Assembly: GCA_016930515.1 (NCBI GenBank)
Contig: JAFGGO010000008.1
Span: 1-20,541, forward strand
Reading direction: 5' to 3'
DNA: 20,541 nucleotides
DNA from: Promethearchaeota archaeon
Lineage (GTDB): Archaea; Asgardarchaeota; Lokiarchaeia; Sigyniarchaeales; SOKP01
The translations under genes and the position numbers were made by a program. The notes below the pieces were generated by a model. That model ran no database searches. It saw nothing but the letters and a program-made list of their open reading frames with translations, and was not told the origin of the DNA. This document shows positions 1 through 7,622 of the stretch, piece after piece. Numbering within the stretch: the first letter of the stretch is position 1; each line of letters opens with the position of its first letter.

Positions 1-837
1 GCCACTTAAAGCGCTCAGGCCGTACGATATGTAACCCCAAAAAAAAGGATATGTCCTGTAATTGTTCATGTCTTCGAACGGAGAAAGTTCGGCTCTTCCA
101 ATGAACAAGCCAGGGTAAATAGATGGCCATGAATCGTTTAGCAATAGATATCTCAACAATACTTGAATCCCGACTAATAAAAAAAGAAAACCCAGTAAAA
201 AAATTATAATTTGAACATTGGTTCTTTCAATATGTATCTCTTTTTTCCTTTTTTTAAGAAAATATGAAACATTATGATTTTTAACAAGATCTATTAAAAA
301 AAGAATGAAAATGCTTAAAATCAAGCCAGTAGAAATTGCGTTGATGGTTAAATTTGCTTGATCTAATATCAAGACGCATGTGCCCATAAAAGAAAAAGAA
401 ATCAAGGGATATAAAGTAAATTTGTATAAACCAAATTTCTGAGAGATTTTTTCGTGAGTTTTATTGTTTGAAAAAAAGATGTCGTATATACAAGCACCGG
501 GTAAATAACCCAAGCTGATAATACAAATGATTGCTCTTGCATACGACAAAAATCCGACCTGTGCCCACGAAATTATTGTAATGGGATTATAAAGCGGTAA
601 AATTAATTGTGATATACATATGAGTAATAAAATTAATGCTTTAATAGCTTGCTTAGACGGGATTTTAAAATAAAAATTTCTTTCTTTAATGCTAATAATA
701 TTTGGATTAAACATGACAATTGCAATGACAATCATTGCAATACCAACGATAACTAAAAGAAAATCAATCCAAATCCCAATCAAGAATATGAAAATTAATA
801 TAGATGTAAAAATTATATGTTTCCTATTCTCTATCAT
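1..837 (-). CDS. Partial multi-pass membrane protein (279 codons in window, runs off the left edge); possible GT-C-type glycosyltransferase-like or glycan-assembly protein
   Basis: Not in the ORF track. Translated by hand: ATG at 837-835 with an in-frame stop just upstream, and no stop down to base 1. MIENRKHIIFTSILIFIFLIGIWIDFLLVIVGIAMIVIAIVM... has several hydrophobic segments, a GYLPGACIYDIFF segment, then a loop LLNDSWPSIYPGLFIG...YPFFWGYISYGLSALSG. The function is inferred only. Confidence 0.8.
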   Translation of the reverse strand, partial: MIENRKHIIFTSILIFIFLIGIWIDFLLVIVGIAMIVIAIVMFNPNIISIKERNFYFKIPSKQAIKALILLLICISQLILPLYNPITIISWAQVGFLSYARAIICIISLGYLPGACIYDIFFSNNKTHEKISQKFGLYKFTLYPLISFSFMGTCVLILDQANLTINAISTGLILSIFILFLIDLVKNHNVSYFLKKRKKEIHIERTNVQIIIFLLGFLFLLVGIQVLLRYLLLNDSWPSIYPGLFIGRAELSPFEDMNNYRTYPFFWGYISYGLSALSG

Positions 838-1009
838 TTATAAAAAATAGAAATTATCAGAGATAAAAAACTTTCCTTCATTTATATGAAATCAAATAAT
901 AAATTGTTTTTTATATATTCAATAAGCTTTATTCAATGGTATCAATCCCATCCTTTAATTTTAATATAACATTTAAAAGTATAATTGGATCATTAAAAGA
1001 ATATGTAAA

Positions 1010-2143
1010 ATGAGTAAAAATATTTTAGTTACGGGTGGGGCTGGATTCATTGGCTCTCATTTAGTAGATACTTTAATCGAAAAAGGACATGAAGTTACTG
1101 TATTGGATTCTCTTGATAAACAAGTTCACGGGAATAAACAAGAACCCCCTCTCTATTTAAATAAGGACATTACATTTATTCACGAATCAGTGGAAAATTA
1201 CGATATAGCTAAGAAATTAATTCAAGATCACGATGTCATATATCATCTTGCTTCGATCGTGGGTGTTGGACAATCAATGTACGAGATTGAAAGATATGTA
1301 AAAAAAAACATGCATGGAACATCCGTTTTGCTTGATATTCTTGCTAATTGCGAACATTCGACGCAGAAAGTGATAATCGCCTCTTCTAATACGATATATG
1401 GAGAAGGGAGTGCTAAATGCAATAATTGCGGTATAGTAAAGCCCGATTTAAGGAGCGAATCACAATTAAGCTTAAAAGATTGGAATATATATTGTCCAAA
1501 ATGTAAAGCCCCACTAAAACCAATACTGACCCCTGAATCTCGCTCATTTAATTCTAGCTCCATTTACGCCTTGTCTAAACAAGTACAAGAACAGATGGGA
1601 TTGCTTATTGGAAAGACTTATGGTATCAACACTACTGCATTGAGATTTTTTTTAGTCTACGGTCCAAGACAAGCATTATCTAATCCTTACACTGGCGTTT
1701 GTTCTATCTTTACTAACAGGGCGTTAAAAGGAGAAACGCCCTTAATTTTTGAAGATGGATTACAAACTCGCGATTTTGTAAATGTAAAAGATGTCTGTCA
1801 AGCCCTCGTTCTCGCAATGGAAAAAAAGAATGCTGAAGGGGAAGTTTTTAATGTAGGGACTGGATGCCCAACAACCATAAAACAAGTAGCAGAAATCATA
1901 TTAGAAAAGACTAATCCAAATTTAAAACCAATAATCACGCAAAAATATCGAACGGGCGATATTAGGCATTGTGTTGCTGATATCTCAAAAATTAAAAATA
2001 AGCTTGGGTACGAACCCTCTGTTGATTTTCGTGAAGGAATCGTTCAGCTTATAGAATGGATTAAAAAGGAATCAAGCCTCGAATATTGCAATAATATAAA
2101 TTTGGCAAACGAAGAATTAGAAAAAAAAGGCTTGATAAAATAA
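1010..2143 (+). CDS. NAD-dependent nucleotide-sugar epimerase/dehydratase (extended SDR) with CxxC...CxxC insertion; resembles the dTDP-L-rhamnose 4-epimerase (WbiB-like) group
   Basis: TGGAGFIG Rossmann motif, ASSNTIYG, catalytic YALSK, VYGPRQALSNPYTGV, EDGLQTRDFV, RTGDIRHC; CNNC/CPKC insertion between the catalytic Ser and YxxxK. Confidence 0.85.
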   Translation: MSKNILVTGGAGFIGSHLVDTLIEKGHEVTVLDSLDKQVHGNKQEPPLYLNKDITFIHESVENYDIAKKLIQDHDVIYHLASIVGVGQSMYEIERYVKKNMHGTSVLLDILANCEHSTQKVIIASSNTIYGEGSAKCNNCGIVKPDLRSESQLSLKDWNIYCPKCKAPLKPILTPESRSFNSSSIYALSKQVQEQMGLLIGKTYGINTTALRFFLVYGPRQALSNPYTGVCSIFTNRALKGETPLIFEDGLQTRDFVNVKDVCQALVLAMEKKNAEGEVFNVGTGCPTTIKQVAEIILEKTNPNLKPIITQKYRTGDIRHCVADISKIKNKLGYEPSVDFREGIVQLIEWIKKESSLEYCNNINLANEELEKKGLIK

Positions 2144-2148
2144 AGGAG
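2144..2148 (+). promoter_or_regulatory. Shine-Dalgarno-like AGGAG upstream of the 2156 start
   Basis: TAAAGGAGAATACTCATG, with AGGAG ending 7 nt before the ATG. Confidence 0.5.
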
Positions 2149-2155
2149 AATACTC

Positions 2156-3205
2156 ATGAAAAAAGTAATGATTACGGGTTCTAATGGATTTGTAGGTTCT
2201 CATTTAATTAAGAAATGTATTAGAGAAGAATGCGAAATACTTGCCTTAATTCGGCCTAAATCTTCTTTTAAGAATTTAATCTCTTTTACAGACGGAAAAG
2301 AATATTTTTCAGATTCAGAAAAGGAAAATTTTAAAGGAGAGCTCGTAAAAATTCAGAGTAATAATAGGGATATTACCTTTATCGAATGCGATATAAAAAA
2401 TGCGGTATTAATGGATAAAATTATACAAGAATTCGTTCCAGATATCGTCTTTCACTTGGCGGCTCAACCATATATCGTTCCCTCTTGGGAAGATCCGAGG
2501 GACACGATTGAAACGAACGTTATTGGAACGATAAATATATTCGAACCTCTAAAAATAAATAGAATAAACGCCAAGGTGATATTAGCTTGTACGGCAGCGG
2601 AATTTGGGGAAACTACCAAGCTCAACCGACCATTAAAGGAAGAGGATCCTTTAAAAGCAACTCACCCCTACGGAATCAGTAAAATCGCAGCTGAATTGCT
2701 TTCGAGACAATATTTCCTAAATTTTGGCATCGAAACCGTGAATTTGAGGTTCTTTAACCTGACGGGAGACAATCGAGAAAACGACGCTCCTTCCGACTTC
2801 GTTAGAAAAGTTGCAGAGATCGAACTGGGATTGAACAAACCCGAAATTGAAGTGGGAAACCTCAATCCATATAGAGACTTTACGGACATCAATGAGGCCG
2901 TGGAAATAATCTGGCAAGCGGCATTAAAAGGAGTTGCTGGAGAAACTTATCACCTTTGCTCTGGGAGGAAAACTCAAATAAGAGAATTACTCAATATTGC
3001 TTTAAGTTTTACAAAAAAAGAAATAAAAGTTGTTGAAAATGTCACCAATAAGCTTCGGAAAACAGATGAGGACGTTTTAGTTGGAGATAATTCTAAACTT
3101 CAAAAAGAGTTAGGTGTAAATGTTTTAAAACCAATAGAAATTACTCTAAGAGAAATGTACAATTATTGGATTGATTACTATACTGAAAATAACCTTCAAT
3201 GTTAA
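2156..3205 (+). CDS. GDP-mannose 4,6-dehydratase-family SDR, more likely an Rmd-like 4-keto-6-deoxysugar reductase
   Basis: TGSNGFVG, PDIVFHLAAQPYIVPSWEDP, NVIGTINI, HPYGISK, VGNLNPYRDFTD. The dehydratase T-S-E segment reads T-A-A (ACTAAEFG). Confidence 0.75.
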   Translation: MKKVMITGSNGFVGSHLIKKCIREECEILALIRPKSSFKNLISFTDGKEYFSDSEKENFKGELVKIQSNNRDITFIECDIKNAVLMDKIIQEFVPDIVFHLAAQPYIVPSWEDPRDTIETNVIGTINIFEPLKINRINAKVILACTAAEFGETTKLNRPLKEEDPLKATHPYGISKIAAELLSRQYFLNFGIETVNLRFFNLTGDNRENDAPSDFVRKVAEIELGLNKPEIEVGNLNPYRDFTDINEAVEIIWQAALKGVAGETYHLCSGRKTQIRELLNIALSFTKKEIKVVENVTNKLRKTDEDVLVGDNSKLQKELGVNVLKPIEITLREMYNYWIDYYTENNLQC

Positions 3206-3232
3206 ATCAGCAAGTATCAAAATGTTTTAAGT

Positions 3233-4267
3233 ATGAAATTTTTAATTACAGGTGGTTTGGGATTCTTAGGATCCAATCTTTCTCAAAAAGTTCTCCGTGA
3301 GAAAGAAGAAATTATCGTTTTAGATAATTTTTCAAAAATTAATTGTAAAAACAACTTGAAATGGTTGAAAAAAAATGGAAATTTTAAATTAATCAATCAG
3401 GATGTAAGAAACCAAAAAAAAATAGATAATATTATTAAAAATATTATCCCTGATGTAATCTTTCACACGGCTGGCCAAACTGCGGTTACAAAATCGATTG
3501 AAAATCCTCGAAAGGATTTTGAAATTAATGTTGGTGGAACAATTAATCTGCTTGAAGCCATTAGAAAATATTCTCCTCAAACAATCCTCGTATATTCTTC
3601 AACAAATAAAGTGTATGGTGATTTAAAATACCTGTCCCTCTCTGAGGGGGATATGCGATATCATTTAAATAATTCTCAAGATGGGTTGGATGAAACTTTA
3701 AAACTAGATCTTCAAACCCCTTACGGATGTTCAAAAGGAGCTGCTGATCAATATGTTTTGGATTATGCAAGCATTTACGGTTTAAGAACGACTGTTTTTC
3801 GACATTCTGCCATCTACGGTCCAAGACAGTATCCATCATTTGACCAGGGGTGGGTAAGTTGGTTCTGCTTAAAAGGTTTGGAAATAAAATATAAAATTGA
3901 AAAGGATAAAATTAAGGTATTAGGAAACGGGAAACAAGTAAGGGATGTCTTATATGTGGAAGATGCGGTAAATCTCTATTTTAATGCAATCAGTAAAATC
4001 GAAAACATAAAGGGAATACCCTTAAATATTGGTGGTGGTTTTGAAAATAGTTTATCCATTCTTGAATTAATTTCTTTCTTAGAAAAAGAGCTTAATATTG
4101 ACATAAATTACGAAATTGATCAAGAAAGAGAGGCCGATCAAAAATATTTCGTTTCAGAGAATAAAAAAGTAAAAGATATTTTGGATTGGAAGCCAAAAAT
4201 ATCATTTCATCACGGTTTAAAAAAATTAATAATATGGTTGGAATCAAACCTTAAATCGGATATTTAG
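3233..4267 (+). CDS. rfbE: CDP-paratose 2-epimerase (CDP-tyvelose epimerase)-like SDR
   Basis: TGGLGFLGSNL, AGQTAVTKSIENPRKDFEINVGGT, YSSTNKVYGDL, TPYGCSKGAADQYVLDYA, FRHSAIYG, DQGWVSWF, GNGKQVRDVL: motifs characteristic of RfbE/Tyv. Confidence 0.85.
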   Translation: MKFLITGGLGFLGSNLSQKVLREKEEIIVLDNFSKINCKNNLKWLKKNGNFKLINQDVRNQKKIDNIIKNIIPDVIFHTAGQTAVTKSIENPRKDFEINVGGTINLLEAIRKYSPQTILVYSSTNKVYGDLKYLSLSEGDMRYHLNNSQDGLDETLKLDLQTPYGCSKGAADQYVLDYASIYGLRTTVFRHSAIYGPRQYPSFDQGWVSWFCLKGLEIKYKIEKDKIKVLGNGKQVRDVLYVEDAVNLYFNAISKIENIKGIPLNIGGGFENSLSILELISFLEKELNIDINYEIDQEREADQKYFVSENKKVKDILDWKPKISFHHGLKKLIIWLESNLKSDI

Positions 4268-7200
4268 TATGTAGAATTTCTATTCTAATAATGATCTCCC
4301 TATTACGAATTTTAAACGAAAATTTCTTCCCTTTTTTTGCTTTTCCATACTTTTCAATTCCACATTCTTCCTTGATATAATTAATAAACTCTGGATTGAG
4401 TTCTTTTTCGATGTCGTAATTGTTTTGAATGTTTACAATAAGTCTTTCTTTTCCTCGTTCGAGACCTAGATCCTTGCGTGCGTTCTGAAGATAGCGCGTA
4501 ATCTCTCGAGCGTCGCCTTCTTTAAATAAATCATCGTCGAGCTCAGAATTGATGAGGATGATTCCCTTTGGTAAGATTTTTACGGCATAGGGTTCCTTGG
4601 CGTTTTGATCTATCTGAAGGTGCTCCTTGGTTATTTCATATTCATTTCCGTCGAGCTCGAGCGTGAATTTGCCTTTTGCCATGCTTTTCTTTATCTCGTC
4701 GATACCCATTGATTCCAAGTGTTTTTGGACCTTAAGACGATTCTTTTTGAAGTCCTTTCCGAGATTTCCAGTGTTTAGCACGAGAGATTCTTCATAGAAG
4801 GATTTGGCTTTTTTTTCCGGAACGAAAGTGAGCCCCTTCACGTTTAATTCTTCCTTTATCAAGGATTCGAACTTTTTTACGATGTTTTTTTCTTCAGTTT
4901 TGAAATACAACAAGTACTCTTTTATTGGCTGTCGCGTGTTTATCCTCACTTTATCCCGAAGCCCTCGCAGTTCCTGAACCAAGCTCATGACGAATTCCAT
5001 TTCTTCAATTAACGACTCGTTAATTAAATTTTCTACTGGTTCTGGAAACTCTACTAAATGCACGGATTTTGTTTTTTTATTGTAATTAAAGGACTCTTGG
5101 AGCTGTAGGAAAATTCTTTCCGTTAAAAACGGAAGAAACGGAGCCATTAAGCGATTTAAAATGTCGATTGTATAATAGGTAACATTATATGCGTCTTGAT
5201 CCTTGTTTAGAAACCGCTTTCTCGACAAGCGAAGGTACCAATTGCTCAAGTCGTTGATAACAAATGTTTGAATAGCATCAGCAGAATTGAATATCAAATA
5301 ATCGTCGAGGTATAGTTTGACCTGCTTGACAAGCTGATTTATTTTTGCAATCAACCATAAATCTAAGGAGTTATTTAGCTTATCGGGATCGAAGTTTAAA
5401 TCTGGAACAATTTCGTTATTTATAGTGTTGTTAAAAAACAAGATAAAGGAATTATAATATTTCGTAATGAATTGCGAGATGACATACTTGATTGCGTCAA
5501 CACTCAGCCGCTTTTCCTTGTGGGGGGGTCCTGAAACGTAATACAACCATCGCAAGGCGTCCGATCCCTGCTCGTTGAAAATGAACCATGGATCGATGGT
5601 ATTTCCTAAGCTCTTGCTCATCTTCCTGCCTTCGCCGTCCAAAACGATACCGTTTACGACAACGTTCTTGTACGCATTTTTGTTGAACACGGCGGTTCCG
5701 ATGGCGTGCATCGTGTAAAACCACCCGCGAGTCTGGTCCATTCCTTCGGCTATAAAGTCTACTGGATAGGCAATTTCTTTATCGATAAGGTCCTTGTTTT
5801 CGAATGGATAGTGATATTGGGCAAAAGGAGCTGCTCCCGAATCGTACCAGCAATCTATGACCTCAGGGGTTCGTCTCATCTCTTTTTTGCATTTTGGACA
5901 CGATATCAGCACATCGTCGATCATTGGTTTGTGGTAATCTTCGAGCTCTACATTACCAATTGAGAGTTGTTTTAATTCTTCAAACGATTCCACGCAGAGC
6001 TCGTGTCCGCAAGAATGGTTCGAGCAAGACCAGATGGGTAATGGCGTTCCCCAGAATCGCTCCCTCGAGATGGCCCAATCGCGAGCGTTGTCTAAAAAGT
6101 TTCCAAAACGACCCGTCCCGATTAATTTTGGAACCCAATTTATTTTCTCGTTGTTGTCCAATAAATCTTCCCTGAAGCGCGACATCTCGATGAACCACGA
6201 TTCCCTTGCGTAATACAACAAAGCCCGATTACATCGCCAACAGAACGGGTAATCGTGAGAGTACTTGCGAGTGTCGAGTAGCTTTCCCATTTTTTTCAAT
6301 TCGCCTACCACCCACTTGTCCGTGTCCCAAACGCCTTTCTTGCCCATATCCTCTCGATGGATCTTGAAATATTTGCCAGAAAGCTCCGGAATCGAGTCGT
6401 CAAAAAAGCCTTTTTCGTTTATAGGTTGCACGAATGGAAGATCGTATTCCAACATCACGTTGTAGTCGTCCTCTCCGAACGCTGGCGCAATATGAACGAA
6501 TCCCGTGGAAATGTTATCTGTCGTGGGTTCTGTCGAGACGTAGTCCGCGTTTACCACTATGAAACCGTTCTCATCTGCCACTTCGTTAAAATACGGAAAT
6601 AACGGCTCGTATTTCTTATACAATAAGTCAGAACCGTAAAATTCCTTTTCTTTTTCGTAATTTCCCTCTCCGAGCACCGTGTTTAGCAAATTGGTCGCGA
6701 TTATATATTTTTCGTTTTTGTATTTCACGAGCGAATAGCGACTGTCGGCGTTAGCCGCTAATGCTACATTGCTCAATAAGGTCCAAGGCGTCGTGGTCCA
6801 CGCAACGATTTTTACGTCTTTAAAATTGGGATCAAGAAGCCTGAACGTGATGTAGACTGTCTCTTCTTCCACTTCCTCGTACCCTTGGGAAACCTCGTGG
6901 GAAGACAGGGGCGTCTCGCAGCGAGGGCAATACGGCACGACCTTCTTGCCCTTGTAAATCCTCTTTTTATCATAGATTTGCTTTAACGACCACCACACGG
7001 ATTCGATAAAGTAATTCTCGCAAGTGATATACGGATGGTCCATGTCTAACCAGAAAGCCATTCGCTTGGTAAGCTTTTCCCATTCCGATACGTATTTGAA
7101 CACGCTCTCGCGGCACTTTTTGTTAAAATTATCGATACCGTAATCTAAAATGTCCTTTTTCGTGCTTAAATTTAACGCTTTTTCTACTTCTAACTCGACA

Positions 7201-7448
7201 GGAAGACCGTGGGTGTCCCACCCTGCCTTGCGCGGGACCCAATACCCATCCATGAATTTATACCTTAAGATGATGTCTTTTATGCTCCGTGCGTACACGT
7301 GGTGGATCCCCGGCATGCCGTTCGCCGTTGGAGGCCCTTCCGTGAATTGAAACCTTCCTTTAGGCTTTTTAGCGTCGAGAATTAATTTAATGATCGAAAT
7401 TGAATCCCAATAATCCAATATTTTTACTTCCTCTTCTGGTAAAGGCAT
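4251..7448 (-). CDS. ileS: Isoleucine--tRNA ligase (type 2 / archaeal-eukaryote-like IleRS)
   Basis: EGPPTANGMPGIHH (HIGH-equivalent), GWDTHGLPVE, editing domain WTTTPWTL and GFVHIAPAFGEDD, DWAISRERFWGTPLPIW, EGMDQTRGWFY, KMSKSLGN, LSNWYLRLSRKRF; long C-terminal region with AREITRYLQNARKDLGL typical of type 2 IleRS. Confidence 0.97.
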   Translation of the reverse strand: MPLPEEEVKILDYWDSISIIKLILDAKKPKGRFQFTEGPPTANGMPGIHHVYARSIKDIILRYKFMDGYWVPRKAGWDTHGLPVELEVEKALNLSTKKDILDYGIDNFNKKCRESVFKYVSEWEKLTKRMAFWLDMDHPYITCENYFIESVWWSLKQIYDKKRIYKGKKVVPYCPRCETPLSSHEVSQGYEEVEEETVYITFRLLDPNFKDVKIVAWTTTPWTLLSNVALAANADSRYSLVKYKNEKYIIATNLLNTVLGEGNYEKEKEFYGSDLLYKKYEPLFPYFNEVADENGFIVVNADYVSTEPTTDNISTGFVHIAPAFGEDDYNVMLEYDLPFVQPINEKGFFDDSIPELSGKYFKIHREDMGKKGVWDTDKWVVGELKKMGKLLDTRKYSHDYPFCWRCNRALLYYARESWFIEMSRFREDLLDNNEKINWVPKLIGTGRFGNFLDNARDWAISRERFWGTPLPIWSCSNHSCGHELCVESFEELKQLSIGNVELEDYHKPMIDDVLISCPKCKKEMRRTPEVIDCWYDSGAAPFAQYHYPFENKDLIDKEIAYPVDFIAEGMDQTRGWFYTMHAIGTAVFNKNAYKNVVVNGIVLDGEGRKMSKSLGNTIDPWFIFNEQGSDALRWLYYVSGPPHKEKRLSVDAIKYVISQFITKYYNSFILFFNNTINNEIVPDLNFDPDKLNNSLDLWLIAKINQLVKQVKLYLDDYLIFNSADAIQTFVINDLSNWYLRLSRKRFLNKDQDAYNVTYYTIDILNRLMAPFLPFLTERIFLQLQESFNYNKKTKSVHLVEFPEPVENLINESLIEEMEFVMSLVQELRGLRDKVRINTRQPIKEYLLYFKTEEKNIVKKFESLIKEELNVKGLTFVPEKKAKSFYEESLVLNTGNLGKDFKKNRLKVQKHLESMGIDEIKKSMAKGKFTLELDGNEYEITKEHLQIDQNAKEPYAVKILPKGIILINSELDDDLFKEGDAREITRYLQNARKDLGLERGKERLIVNIQNNYDIEKELNPEFINYIKEECGIEKYGKAKKGKKFSFKIRNREIIIRIEILHTKYPI

Positions 7449-7622
7449 TTTAGATCGTTCTTTTATATCTTTTTAAATCTCAATGTATGATTTTAAAAAA
7501 TCAATATTTCTTATGAATTTTGGGATTGGATGTTCTATTAATATGATGACGACTAACGAGGGTAGATGTGAAGAAGACCAAAACTAATAGTTATGCAAGA
7601 AATAGATATAATTAGGGTGTTT

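Noticed and set aside
713-741. Imperfect tandem ATGACAAT/TTGCAAT repeat
   Set aside because: Falls in a transmembrane-coding stretch (IAMIVIAIVM) of the 1-837 gene; explained by amino-acid composition.
838-1009. TATA-box-like elements in this and other intergenic regions (9306-9530, 13949-14098, 19498-19700)
   Set aside because: Promoters are probably present, but the DNA is too AT-rich to single out specific boxes without TSS data.
1300-1308. Poly-A tracts in coding regions (also near 3414-3422) as phase-variation sites
   Set aside because: Frames are intact, and such runs are expected from Lys codons in AT-rich DNA.
1243-3839. Short antisense ORFs (1243-1563, 2668-2892, 2717-2917, 3389-3580, 3561-3839)
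   Set aside because: Entirely inside well-supported SDR genes on the opposite strand, with no recognisable motifs; shadow ORFs.
5497-7350. Cluster of short alternative-frame/antisense ORFs within ileS
   Set aside because: Expected from the higher GC content and codon bias of ileS; no motifs or independent signals.
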